From the NCBI GenBank assembly GCA_965222605.1, contig OZ244960.1:3936001-4000000 (forward strand): a stretch of 64,000 nucleotides of DNA, given 5' to 3'. The stretch comes from Candidatus Latescibacterota bacterium. GTDB taxonomy: Bacteria > Latescibacterota > UBA2968. Made by a program: the position numbers and the translations under genes. This document shows, piece by piece, positions 49,783 to 59,896 of the stretch. The notes under the pieces were generated by a model. That model ran no database searches and had not been told where the DNA came from. It saw only the letters and a program-made list of their open reading frames with translations. The stretch's first letter is position 1. The number at the start of each line of letters is the position of its first letter.

Positions 49783-49819
49783 ATCAACGCCAGAAACTAA
49801 CACTGTGAAAGGTTTTTTG

Positions 49820-51724
49820 ATGGAGCATTTTTTTTCTAATTTGACAGGTACAGGTACCCGGGTAGGCGTCATTGATAGCGGTTTTAATACGGGTAAAAAA
49901 AACGTGCATGTGTTGAATGGTACCAGTTTCTGTAATGGCGATGCCCAACCAGATTCAAATTACAAAGATATGATCGGCCACGGAACAGCATGTATTGGCG
50001 TCATCCACACTAAAGTTCCCAATGCAGAATTTTTGCCTGTCAAAATTTTTGAGTCAGAGTTGATAACGACAATGGACATTTTGTGCAAGGCGATTTACTG
50101 GTGTGTTAAACATCAATGTCACATTATCAATTTGAGTTTAGGCACTCTCGATGAGAGCAATAGCGATGTTTTGAAGGAGGCCTGTGATTTTGCATACAAA
50201 CACCATACGTTCATTGTTGCTGCGACATCAAATGATGGACAACCGAGTATTCCCGCGTCTTTTCCCAATGTCTTTGGCGTAGCAGGAGGAAAAGTAGCTG
50301 GAAAATTTGATTACTTTTATGACCCACACGAAAAAATACAGTTTGTCGCACGGGGTGATCGTCAACGTCTGAATTGGCTGGAAGGCAAACAGATATTTAT
50401 GGGTGGATCGAGCTTTGCGGCTCCGCATATTTCTGGCTTGATTGCTCTGATAATAGAGAAATATGGTGGTATCACGCTCAACGATCTGACAGAAATTTTG
50501 AAGCTGCACTCCTTAAGCCAATGTCCCAAGCTGGTAGATAGTAGCACTTATGCGATGAGCGGGATGCCCAGATCTCGCTCAGACGTTTCTATCCGAGACC
50601 TAAATAAGGCAAATACGCCAGGCTGGATAGAAGAGGCTGTTGTTTTTCCATATAACAAAGAAATGCATGGGTTGGTGCGGTTTCGGGAGTTATTGCCATT
50701 TAGGATTACAAGAGTAGTTGACGTTGTTGGAAAAAGAACCATAGGTAAAGATTGTGGGGAGGTTATTGGGGGAGCCGAATCTAATTTGATCATACAACAA
50801 AATTTGGAAGACTGTCTGCAATACGGCGATACGCTCGTTTTGGGTTATTTGGATGAAATTAGCCGGATTAAGAAACGCGATGTGTTACAAGAATCTCTAA
50901 AATTGGCATTGAAGCATAACAAGAACGTTTACAGTCTCAGCCCCATTGCAAATAATCAATACGAAAGCATAAGTAAAGCCTTTAAAGAAAAACATCTGCA
51001 TTGTGCAGCACCAACCATAGATTTTGCAACTTATGAGGCTTTGATCAAAACTTATGATTGGAGAAACAGAAGCCAGAAACCTATCGTGGGCATATTTGGA
51101 ACAGGACCGCAACAAGGCAAGTTCACTGCTCAATTGGCACTGAGAAAACAATTACAGAAAATTGGCTATAAAGTTGGTCAATTGGGCACAGAACATCAAT
51201 CAGCGTTATTTGATTTCGATTTTACATTTCCAAATGGATATGATGGACATCGGAGTATCCAAATCCCCATGGATTTGCACATTCCACTTCTAAATTCTGC
51301 TATGGTCGGTATCGAACAATCAGACCCGGATATTATCGTTGTTGGTGGTCAGTCCGGTATCATACCTCATAGCTTTTACGAAAAATCTCAGAGTTATACT
51401 TTGCCCTCATTGATCTTACTCTTTGGAACTGTTCCCGATGCATATATCCTGCTCGTTAATTCTATCGACGAACCTGAATTTATACAGGAAAATATCCGGG
51501 TGTTAGAGAGCTTCGGGAAGGGCAAAGTGATTCTCCTTGTTTTCAGTGATAAGAAAAAAATTGTTAATGACACTGTTAATACAGTCGTCAACCAGCCGCT
51601 TTTTAGAGAGGAAATTTGTCAAACGATATTGAGTTTGGAATCAATGCATCGCATTCCAGCTACTGAGATAATTAGCGCAGAAGGACGAAAAAAGATGGCT
51701 GATATTGTTATTGATTTTTTCTGA
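49820..51724 (+). CDS. Subtilisin-like S8 peptidase fused to a DUF1611-like P-loop domain
   Basis: Triad VIDSG / GHGTAC / GSSFAAPH; C-terminal VGIFGTGPQQGKFTAQL, LGTE, DIIVVGGQSG, PDAYIL; no signal peptide seen. Confidence 0.82.
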   Translation: MEHFFSNLTGTGTRVGVIDSGFNTGKKNVHVLNGTSFCNGDAQPDSNYKDMIGHGTACIGVIHTKVPNAEFLPVKIFESELITTMDILCKAIYWCVKHQCHIINLSLGTLDESNSDVLKEACDFAYKHHTFIVAATSNDGQPSIPASFPNVFGVAGGKVAGKFDYFYDPHEKIQFVARGDRQRLNWLEGKQIFMGGSSFAAPHISGLIALIIEKYGGITLNDLTEILKLHSLSQCPKLVDSSTYAMSGMPRSRSDVSIRDLNKANTPGWIEEAVVFPYNKEMHGLVRFRELLPFRITRVVDVVGKRTIGKDCGEVIGGAESNLIIQQNLEDCLQYGDTLVLGYLDEISRIKKRDVLQESLKLALKHNKNVYSLSPIANNQYESISKAFKEKHLHCAAPTIDFATYEALIKTYDWRNRSQKPIVGIFGTGPQQGKFTAQLALRKQLQKIGYKVGQLGTEHQSALFDFDFTFPNGYDGHRSIQIPMDLHIPLLNSAMVGIEQSDPDIIVVGGQSGIIPHSFYEKSQSYTLPSLILLFGTVPDAYILLVNSIDEPEFIQENIRVLESFGKGKVILLVFSDKKKIVNDTVNTVVNQPLFREEICQTILSLESMHRIPATEIISAEGRKKMADIVIDFF

Positions 51725-51755
51725 GATCAAGACCTCAATGATAGGGAAAAAGTAA

Positions 51756-52478
51756 ATGCCAGAAATTCGGAAAATGTCGCTGATTTTAAATATCCTGCTG
51801 TCTGTTTTTATTTTGGTTGCGTTATTCGGGATATGGAAATTGAGAAATACGAACGCTCGTCATTGGGAAGAAATTAGAGAGCTTCGAAAAGTGAACGCAG
51901 ATTATAAGGAGCATATAAACGTCTCTACCTATGCCTCCAATTATCAAGGGCAAGAATTTCCGAAGTTGCAATTGGAGAATATAAATGGCGATTGGATTTC
52001 AACGGACTTTTCTAAAACAGGAAAAGGACTGGTTCTGGTCTTCAAGCCACAAGACTGTCAGCCCTGTTTAATCACGCAGATAAAGTTACTGGAGCATGTG
52101 TACCAAAATCAGGATCCCTCAAAACGCTTTCCAATTTATGCTTTTGCCAATGCTTCTGCAGAAGTGTTGAAAAAATTTAAAAAGAGTTTTGATCTCCATT
52201 ATGAATTGTTTCCGGATACAGAGAACATGTTATTCCAGGATAGAGTACTTACCCATCGTACCCCTGCTATCTTTGTTGTGAACAAAAAAAATATCATAAC
52301 GCATTGTCATTTTCCCTCAAAGGACCGCCCACAAAATACAGTCCTCTTTTTTGGTGTGATTCAAAGACATTTGCCTTTGCAAAAACCACTTCTGAACGAT
52401 CATCTTAAAGGGGTGACCTATTCGCAAATCATTGCCAAAGATTTTGATACTACTCCTTTATCTACATTTATTTATTGA
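51756..52478 (+). CDS. Membrane-anchored thioredoxin-fold (redoxin) protein
   Basis: N-terminal TM helix, FPKLQL, CQPC (CxxC), TPAIFVVN. Confidence 0.7.
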   Translation: MPEIRKMSLILNILLSVFILVALFGIWKLRNTNARHWEEIRELRKVNADYKEHINVSTYASNYQGQEFPKLQLENINGDWISTDFSKTGKGLVLVFKPQDCQPCLITQIKLLEHVYQNQDPSKRFPIYAFANASAEVLKKFKKSFDLHYELFPDTENMLFQDRVLTHRTPAIFVVNKKNIITHCHFPSKDRPQNTVLFFGVIQRHLPLQKPLLNDHLKGVTYSQIIAKDFDTTPLSTFIY

Positions 52479-52537
52479 TATTTATGAATAATATCTAGCA
52501 TGAAAAACATAGTAAAATATGTTGATTGTCAATACCA

Positions 52538-52592
52538 GAATGGTTTTACTTGAGCCTACCAAGTAAGGTATTCTTATGTGCATGCACATTTT
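52538..52592 (+). repeat. Leader motif shared with 57048-57109
   Basis: GAATGGTTTTACT..GAG..AGTAAGGT..TCTTATG..GCACA.TTT; TTACTTG/CAAGTAA hairpin. Confidence 0.6.
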
Positions 52593-52623
52593 GGCTTGAC
52601 TAAAAAGGAAAGGAGGTGATATT

Positions 52624-52848
52624 ATGAAAACTTTGACCAAACCTGTGAAGTCTCGGCTGTCTTCTCCGCGTATTTATGGATATGAAGATAATGGGGGTAA
52701 ATGGAAAGTCGATGGAACATCAATAGTTGAGTATGGGGATCCGGTTGAGACAACGTGGTACTACACTTACTTGGTGTGCGAGTCTGCGACCCAACCCTTC
52801 TGCACCGTAGGCGATTCAGAGACTAAAGCACGTAAAGTAGATCATTGA
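52624..52848 (+). CDS. Putative precursor peptide 2 (74 aa)
   Basis: Very strong AAAGGAGGTG RBS; basic leader MKTLTKPVK..RIYGY followed by a core with a C-x7-C pair. Confidence 0.7.
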   Translation: MKTLTKPVKSRLSSPRIYGYEDNGGKWKVDGTSIVEYGDPVETTWYYTYLVCESATQPFCTVGDSETKARKVDH

Positions 52849-53090
52849 TGTATAAATTCTGTGTTTGATAAAAAAGCAAAGTGTGCAACCATCTTGGTAG
52901 GCTCAAATTTCGTTCGGTGTTCTCGATAAATAGACCGGGGACACCGATTTGACGCTGTCAAAAATTTCAACGCCCTTTCTCATAATATCCGAGATATGGA
53001 AAAATACTGAATGATTATTTGAGTGGCGACTTTTACCGACTATATCACAGTTTTTATGCATACCCTTCATTAACAGGATATGGATAACCG

Positions 53091-55586
53091 ATGTTTTTAA
53101 GTTATTTCCGAACATGGTTTCGCAATATCCTCAAGTATAGAACCTATTCAGCCATTAACCTGCTGGGTTTGGGGATAGGAATTGCGTGCTGTTATCTGTG
53201 CGTGCTTTACCTCCTGTATGATTGGAGCTTTGATAGGTTTCACAAAGACCATCATCGCATATACGGCATTGCAGGAAAGGTAAAACACAGTAACGGAATA
53301 ATGGGGAACGGAATAATGGGGATCCCGTTGGCGGGTACATGGGCAGAAATAGCCAGATTTCCTGTTGTATTATCTTCCATGATTTCTGCCGAAGTTCCTG
53401 AGATTGAGACCACGACCCGTGTAAAGTGTGTCCTCGGGACAGCGACCTGGCAAGTAGGTACGCACAAAGAATTTTTGCGACCTATCCAAGAGGTTTTGTT
53501 CGTTGATAGGAGTTTTGGGGCGATGTTTTCCTTTCCTCTTATTCACGGCACGTTCTTCTCGCGACCAGGGCAAGTCGTGATCACACGTAGATTCGCTCAG
53601 ATACTTACCAACGATATTGACAGTTTGATTGGCAAAGTGTTATGGATGCGCGTTGCTTCTCGCAGGTTCGTGAAAGATCTGAAACCCGTATTAGCCCCTG
53701 TTGAAATAGGGGGCATCGTGGAAACCCCGCCCCGCAATTCGAGCCTGAATTTCGAGATTCTTTTGCCATTGAGTATATCCGCAACCTTTCTAAAAAAGAA
53801 AGAAGGCAGGTGGGATTGGCAATTTAGGTGTACACATTATATCCGTTTGACAGATGAAGCAGATGTGGAGGCAGTAGAGAGAAAACTCACGGCGTTCATG
53901 CAGAAGCAGTCCTCTTTCAACTCGCTATGGGATTTAGAGACCTTTCAGGCTAAATTGCAACCCATCACAGAATTGCACCATTATAGAGGTCCGTTTATTG
54001 ATGGTGTGTTCCGCTACACGAATCCCTTATATGGATATATTCTCGGCGGTATCAGTGTATTGGTTCTGGTTATCGCGTGTTTGAATTACGTGCTCCTCTA
54101 TGTGGGGCGGTTCAACTCGCGTACCAAAGAATTGGGCATAAGGCAAATCTTTGGAGCGAGCCGCAGGCACCTCAGGTACCAACTCCTGGTCGAATGCTTT
54201 GGATACAGTCTATTAGCGTGCATCTTAGGCTTGGCAGTCGCAGAGTTGGCATCAAGTCCTCTTGAAGGTGTTTTACGGATTCCTTTCACGTCTTCGGTAG
54301 ATCCCATTCAGACCGCGATTGTTCTCCTAACACTGGCATGTCTGATAGGTCTGGTCACAGCCTTTTACCCAGCAGCCTTTATGTCGTCTGTGTCTGCCCT
54401 CAGCGTTTTGAGCAAAACAGCAAAGGCCGTCGGTTCTGGACTGTTCTTAAAGATATTGATGGCTATCCAGTCCGGTGTGACTTTAGTCTTTGTGTTTTGC
54501 ACGATCATTATCTTCGAACAGACTTTTTTTGTCATCACGGCAGAGCCGGGTTTTGAACCAGCGAATTTGGTCAGGATCAATACCAGTGGGTTGACAGAAA
54601 ATGAGATCAACCGTCTGCAAGCGTCCTTATCTGCATCTCCTCTCGTGACATCCTGTGTGCGGACGAACTTGCCCTTCGGATGGTCAAATGCAATCTTGAT
54701 GAAAGACAGCAGTGATAAACTCATTGATAACATAACCTATTATCAGGTGAAGGGGCCTTTTCTCGAGACCGTTGGGTTGCAACTCGTAAAGGGGAGAACC
54801 TTGCATCCCAACCCCATGCCCGGCGATGTGATCGTGAATGAAGCTTTCCAAAAGCACCTAACATCGCCACAGCCTCTTGGACAGGTGATCACGCAGGCGG
54901 ATACAAAGTTTAGAAGACCCGTGTTTAGCAGCGATGTGAGTGGTCGCATAGTCGGTGTGGTTAAGAATTTTCACGTTAGAAACTTGCGCCACACCGTCCC
55001 GCCGACCATCATCACGATTGCCCCGGATGATGCAACAACTAAGCGACAAGACCTAGAAATATTGATTCGGATTCGAGAAGGTAGTGCGGAAACCTTTGGT
55101 GCGTATCTCAAGGGACTGTGGCAAGACCTCAAAAAGGAGCATCACCTGACGTTTTCCTTTGTAGAAGATGACAGGCGACATTTTTATGCTAAAGAGATCA
55201 ATTGGAGCAAGATCGTCTCTGGCGCGGCCCTGTGCGCTGTCTTCATCGCGTCAATGGGTGCTATGGGCATGATCTCGCTATCCGTGGCTCGCAGAAGAAA
55301 GGAAATAGCCATCCGAAGGGTCATGGGTGCCGTGCCGTCTAAAATAGCCAGTGAGATTGTGTTGAACTACGCGCTGCCCGGGTTTATAGCCGCCGTCATC
55401 GCGCTGCCGCTGTCTTATTTATTTATCCAAGAATGGCTCTCGATATTTGCCTACCGCTTTCAATTTGGGGTTGGGACTATTTTGGTGACGCTCTTATTGG
55501 GTATTCTGCTTCCACTGATATGTGGTTTCGTACACGCGCTAAAGGTGGCTTCTGCAAATCCAATAGATGCCCTTCGAGAGGACTGA
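53091..55586 (+). CDS. MacB/FtsX-like ABC transporter permease (divergent)
   Basis: INLLGLGIG, ACLNY, RTKELGIR..FGAS, RRKEIAIRRVMGA, NPIDALRED. Confidence 0.88.
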   Translation: MFLSYFRTWFRNILKYRTYSAINLLGLGIGIACCYLCVLYLLYDWSFDRFHKDHHRIYGIAGKVKHSNGIMGNGIMGIPLAGTWAEIARFPVVLSSMISAEVPEIETTTRVKCVLGTATWQVGTHKEFLRPIQEVLFVDRSFGAMFSFPLIHGTFFSRPGQVVITRRFAQILTNDIDSLIGKVLWMRVASRRFVKDLKPVLAPVEIGGIVETPPRNSSLNFEILLPLSISATFLKKKEGRWDWQFRCTHYIRLTDEADVEAVERKLTAFMQKQSSFNSLWDLETFQAKLQPITELHHYRGPFIDGVFRYTNPLYGYILGGISVLVLVIACLNYVLLYVGRFNSRTKELGIRQIFGASRRHLRYQLLVECFGYSLLACILGLAVAELASSPLEGVLRIPFTSSVDPIQTAIVLLTLACLIGLVTAFYPAAFMSSVSALSVLSKTAKAVGSGLFLKILMAIQSGVTLVFVFCTIIIFEQTFFVITAEPGFEPANLVRINTSGLTENEINRLQASLSASPLVTSCVRTNLPFGWSNAILMKDSSDKLIDNITYYQVKGPFLETVGLQLVKGRTLHPNPMPGDVIVNEAFQKHLTSPQPLGQVITQADTKFRRPVFSSDVSGRIVGVVKNFHVRNLRHTVPPTIITIAPDDATTKRQDLEILIRIREGSAETFGAYLKGLWQDLKKEHHLTFSFVEDDRRHFYAKEINWSKIVSGAALCAVFIASMGAMGMISLSVARRRKEIAIRRVMGAVPSKIASEIVLNYALPGFIAAVIALPLSYLFIQEWLSIFAYRFQFGVGTILVTLLLGILLPLICGFVHALKVASANPIDALRED

Positions 55587-55715
55587 TATGAAAATTTGCT
55601 TCTGTTCGGTAAAAAAACAGTGTGCTACCGATCTTAATAGGCCGCAACTTGACTTGGTGTTCTCGGTAAACAGGCCGGGAGTACCGAGCCTATGATAAGG
55701 AAAGGATGATGATTT

Positions 55716-56807
55716 ATGAATCGCAAAAAGTTATTGGTTTCCGTGAGATGGCTGACACTCCTCCTTTTGATCTGTGGAAGTTGCCAAAAAAGTACTGTTG
55801 AAAACCAGCAAGATGGGGTCGCTCTCAAGGTGCAAGCACAAGGTGCCCAACTTTCATTGATTGATGCCATTACCCTTGAACGGTCAGAGGCAAGGCCAGC
55901 TCTCGGACGTGTCCGTTCCATTACTGTTTTGGAGAACTATATCATTATTGTAGATGCCATGAGAGAAAGTGTCGAAGTTTTTGACAAGGAGGGCAGCTAT
56001 AAGTGGTCTATTGGTAGTCGCGGGGATGGAGAAGGTCAGTACAAGAGCCCGAGCGAGCCAACAATTATCCCCAATACCGACCAAATGCTGATCTATGATG
56101 GGGGGCAGGTGCTTATCTTCTCGATTCAAGGAGAATTTTTAGGGCAGGTAAAGCTGCCAGAGAGACGCTTTATTAATCGCATGGCGGTTTCTGATGAGCA
56201 CAATCTCATTCATACTTATCTTGACAAAAACCAAAACGGTATGCTTTGTGTCACCTCCCTTGAAACTGGTGAAGACCTCGCCAAGTTCAAAGTTAGCGAG
56301 TCTCAATACGAACACTTATTTTTTGGTTTGCAGAGTTTCCAAGGGCTTGCTTATGACGAGATACAGAGAATGATATATTTTGCCTTGCCCTGGGAAGAGA
56401 AGGTTATGCGAATTGATTTGGCAACACAGGAATTTTTGACCCCCATAGTCATAAATCATCCCAAATTTGTCAGCCTCAAATTAGATGAAATAGATGATAG
56501 CAAAGATATTAGAGAATTATCCCAACACAGGTTCAGCAGATTGAACAGCATGTATCTCTTGTCTTCGAGCGATATTTTGCTCAATTACCAGTTCTGGGAT
56601 TCGTCAATGAGTACCGCGCTTATACTTTTATCAGGCTTGGATATGCAGCCATCGGCGCAAGAAGTGAAAAATGAATTGGGGTACAATATTTTTACTTGTT
56701 ATGGAAAATCTATATATATGTATTCGTCTTCCACTGATGGCGAAGATACAAATGGGAGAATTCGTGTCTATCGTCTGACGGAACCTCAAGAAGCCCCTAC
56801 CGGATAG
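55716..56807 (+). CDS. 6-bladed beta-propeller (NHL/TolB-like) lipoprotein
   Basis: CGSC lipobox, VFDKEG.Y..SIGSRGDGEGQY..P, IFS..GEFLG. Confidence 0.78.
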   Translation: MNRKKLLVSVRWLTLLLLICGSCQKSTVENQQDGVALKVQAQGAQLSLIDAITLERSEARPALGRVRSITVLENYIIIVDAMRESVEVFDKEGSYKWSIGSRGDGEGQYKSPSEPTIIPNTDQMLIYDGGQVLIFSIQGEFLGQVKLPERRFINRMAVSDEHNLIHTYLDKNQNGMLCVTSLETGEDLAKFKVSESQYEHLFFGLQSFQGLAYDEIQRMIYFALPWEEKVMRIDLATQEFLTPIVINHPKFVSLKLDEIDDSKDIRELSQHRFSRLNSMYLLSSSDILLNYQFWDSSMSTALILLSGLDMQPSAQEVKNELGYNIFTCYGKSIYMYSSSTDGEDTNGRIRVYRLTEPQEAPTG

Positions 56808-56885
56808 TGGTGAGAGTCAGGCCGTGTTCGAGTGTCTCTTTATCACAAAGTTAAAATTGAAGTGGCAAAAGTGTTAATATAAATA

Positions 56886-57041
56886 GCCGCTGATATACCT
56901 TGGCAAGTCGAGTGTCGGCGGTAAGAACAGTGTACAACCGCTGGCTGGCAATCCCTGATAGATTCGGGCGGTGTACAACTGCGCACGCGTAGCACAACGT
57001 CAGTATAGCAGTTCAAAGCTCAAGCATTTGGGAATGTGAGC
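56886..57041. repeat. Modular structured repeat, copy 2 (about 85-nt insert)
   Basis: GCCGCTGATATACCTTGGCAAGTCGAGTGTCGGCGG ... GCAGTTCAAAGCTCAAGCATTTGGGAATGTGAGC. Confidence 0.8.
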
Positions 57042-57133
57042 ATGAGAGAATGGTTTTACTTTTACTGGAGTCCATCGAGTAAGGTGCGTCTTATGCATAC
57101 GCACACTTTAAGTTATTTACATTACGGGTGAAT

Positions 57134-58906
57134 ATGAAAAAAAAAATTAACAAATTCATCTCAGCAACTTTTTATATCTCTAAGAATAGACATGTCTTTT
57201 ATCATTTTTTAAAATTTCTGAAACCTTATTGGGTACAGCAAAGCGTTGTTTTCGTTCTCATGCTCTTGGGGACTGTTAGCTCGCTGGCCTTTCCTTATAT
57301 CATGAAAATTATTATTGATGACGTGTTTCCAAACAAAGACTATGAATTATTTATATTTATTTTGCTTCTGCTCTTGGGCATTACAGTAGGTAATATCATT
57401 ATTGGTTTTTGTTCAAACTATTTATTTTCTTGGATAAACAATCGCATTATGCTGGATATAAGGAGCCATCTTTTTGACCACTTAATCCAGTTGCCATTGA
57501 GCTTTTATGATCGCAATAAATCTGGGGATATTGTTTATAGAATGAGCAACGAAGTGGATAGGATACAGTCGTTTATCACTTCGAGTGCTTTGAATCTTAC
57601 GCATAGCTTGTTGACACTCATAGGGCTTACTGTGGTTCTCTGCTGGTTGAACTGGCAACTCTTCTTGGCTTCTATTATTGTGATACCCTTTCTGGTACTC
57701 AATATTCGCTATTTCCAGCCTAAAATAAGAGATATTACAGAACGAGGACGAAAGAAAGGCTCTGAAGTTATGAGCTATTTGATTGAGCGATTTGAGACTG
57801 TCCAATTGATTCAGGTCTATAATGCCTATAATTATGAAAACAATAGATTGTGGTCGCAGCTAAATGATCTTCTGGATATCAATATGCAAAATGTAACCTA
57901 TTCTGGCGTGATGAGATCGATTTCGAGATTTTTCACATCCCTGACACCTGCGATCATTTTGGGCTGGGGAGGCCACAAAGTCATGTTGGGCGTCATAAGC
58001 TTGGGGGCATTAGTCGCTTTTTTGCAATACCTGTCGCGCCTTTTTGAACCATTTAGAAATCTCAACCATCTTTATGTAGAACTTATCCGTGTATCTGTTT
58101 CAATGAAGCGGGTATTCGAGTTTCTCGAGATTGATATTCAGGAATGGTCCGACTCGTCTGTCACCCGTCCTTTTTCTTTTGAAAAGGAGATAGCGTTTAC
58201 CGACCTCAATTTTGGATATAACGGACAACCCGTTTTGCAGGACTTCAGCTTGAGACTTGAGAAAGGAAAAAAATATGCTCTGGTAGGGTCAAGCGGTTGT
58301 GGCAAGAGTTCATTGGTAAATTTGCTGTGTCGTTTTTATGAATCGAATACAGGTGCGATTACTATTGATCACATACCGATTACCCATATCAAACTGTATG
58401 ATCTGAGAGAGCATATTGGTCTGGTAACTCAGGAAAATCAAGTTTTTCATGATACAATCTGGGACAATATCCGATACAGCAAGCCGAACAGTACGCCTGA
58501 AGAGGTCCATAGAGCGATCAGGATAGCTGGTTTGGATGGATTTATTGAGAAGGCTGAAGATGGTGCGCTTACGCTTGTCGGTGATCGCGGGAACACACTT
58601 TCGGCTGGTCAAAAGCAGCGTATTGCCATTGCGCGTGCAATTTTGAGAGACTCGGATATTTTGATCCTGGATGAAGCTACGTCGGCACTGGATTCTGAAA
58701 GCGAAGGTGAAATTATAGCAAATTTACAGGATCTATATGAAGATAAAACGATGATTGTGATTAGCCACAGACTCAGCACGATCCAGCAGGTAGATGAGAT
58801 TATCTGTTTGGATGAGGGGAGAGTTGTGGAGCAAGGAGCACATGAAGAGTTGTTGGAGAAGAAGGGACATTATTGGCGTCTTTTTCGCAAGCAACTTATC
58901 GCATAG
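57134..58906 (+). CDS. ABC exporter, fused permease/ATPase, no C39 domain
   Basis: 6-TM ABC membrane domain, GSSGCGKS, LSAGQKQR, ILDEATSALD, ISHRLST. Confidence 0.95.
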   Translation: MKKKINKFISATFYISKNRHVFYHFLKFLKPYWVQQSVVFVLMLLGTVSSLAFPYIMKIIIDDVFPNKDYELFIFILLLLLGITVGNIIIGFCSNYLFSWINNRIMLDIRSHLFDHLIQLPLSFYDRNKSGDIVYRMSNEVDRIQSFITSSALNLTHSLLTLIGLTVVLCWLNWQLFLASIIVIPFLVLNIRYFQPKIRDITERGRKKGSEVMSYLIERFETVQLIQVYNAYNYENNRLWSQLNDLLDINMQNVTYSGVMRSISRFFTSLTPAIILGWGGHKVMLGVISLGALVAFLQYLSRLFEPFRNLNHLYVELIRVSVSMKRVFEFLEIDIQEWSDSSVTRPFSFEKEIAFTDLNFGYNGQPVLQDFSLRLEKGKKYALVGSSGCGKSSLVNLLCRFYESNTGAITIDHIPITHIKLYDLREHIGLVTQENQVFHDTIWDNIRYSKPNSTPEEVHRAIRIAGLDGFIEKAEDGALTLVGDRGNTLSAGQKQRIAIARAILRDSDILILDEATSALDSESEGEIIANLQDLYEDKTMIVISHRLSTIQQVDEIICLDEGRVVEQGAHEELLEKKGHYWRLFRKQLIA

Positions 58907-58909
58907 GGA

Positions 58910-59419
58910 ATGGAACTGGTGAGTGTAGAATTTCGCAATCCTGACATAAAATTAGTTCTTCTGCGTGCATTGGTTATTCAAATTTTGGGAATAGGCGCAG
59001 GATTGATTTATACTGTTATTTTTAGTGAACAGCTTTTGTTCGGCGAGGTTGAAACCTTTGAAAAACAAGATGATATAACGTATGTCTCTTTAGAGGCACT
59101 TCAAAATGTAATTCAATCGAAATCAAAAATACTACTCATTGATGGACGATCTGAATCAGCTTATCACGAAGGCCATATTCCAGGGGCTGTGAACGTACCG
59201 TATATTCAGCGTGATTATTTTTTTAAAAAACTTTTGGCTGATATTGCCCGCGAGACACCAATAATTGTCTATTGTTCCGGAAAGAATTGTAATACCAGTG
59301 TCAAATTGGCGAGGTCTCTGTCAGGGGAATTTGGATTTATACATGTTCGAGTTTTTAAGGGAGGATGGGAGGAATGGGTAAAGGGTGAAAATCCGATTCA
59401 AACGAGTTTTGACAGATGA
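58910..59419 (+). CDS. Membrane-anchored rhodanese-like domain protein
   Basis: IDGRS..Y.EGHIPGAVNVP, VYCSG..C, FKGGWEEW. Confidence 0.88.
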   Translation: MELVSVEFRNPDIKLVLLRALVIQILGIGAGLIYTVIFSEQLLFGEVETFEKQDDITYVSLEALQNVIQSKSKILLIDGRSESAYHEGHIPGAVNVPYIQRDYFFKKLLADIARETPIIVYCSGKNCNTSVKLARSLSGEFGFIHVRVFKGGWEEWVKGENPIQTSFDR

Positions 59420-59883
59420 TTATACCTTCTAAATTAGCATGGATAGGAACCGTGATCCGGATATTTCTGGGGGTTATTCTCGGATGGGCTGGGGTTGTAA
59501 AAATCCGTAATCCTGAAGCATTTATTAAAATTGTGAGAGCCTACAATTTGCTACCTGAGGAATTGGGCGTGCTATGGGGAATTTTCTTGCCCTGGATTGA
59601 GCTTGTGACAGGTTTATTTTTAATTTCAGGTTTGTGGCACAAGAGTGCTGTGCTCAGTAGCTCTGGTCTTTTTTTAGCATTTGCAGCAGCAGTCGGCATT
59701 AATATTCTCCGCGGTGCAGATATCGCCTGTGGTTGTTTTGGGTTCAATGACACCAATTTGTATGTTGTGTTGTTCCAGGCCCTGGTCTTCTTGCTTTGCT
59801 GTTATTTTTTGTTTTTTCTGAAATCTACACCTTATTCTATGGACCATTGTCTTTTTACTTCTCAAAGAGGTGGACTTTCGTAA
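59416..59883 (+). CDS. MauE/DoxX family redox-associated membrane protein
   Basis: RIFLG....AG..KI, LPWIEL..G, RG.DIACGCFG. Confidence 0.88.
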   Translation: MIIPSKLAWIGTVIRIFLGVILGWAGVVKIRNPEAFIKIVRAYNLLPEELGVLWGIFLPWIELVTGLFLISGLWHKSAVLSSSGLFLAFAAAVGINILRGADIACGCFGFNDTNLYVVLFQALVFLLCCYFLFFLKSTPYSMDHCLFTSQRGGLS

Positions 59884-59896
59884 AGTATTCCCATGC

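Noticed and set aside
52624-52848. Lasso peptide interpretation of precursor 2
   Set aside because: No lasso cyclase or transglutaminase-like leader peptidase is recognisable in the window.
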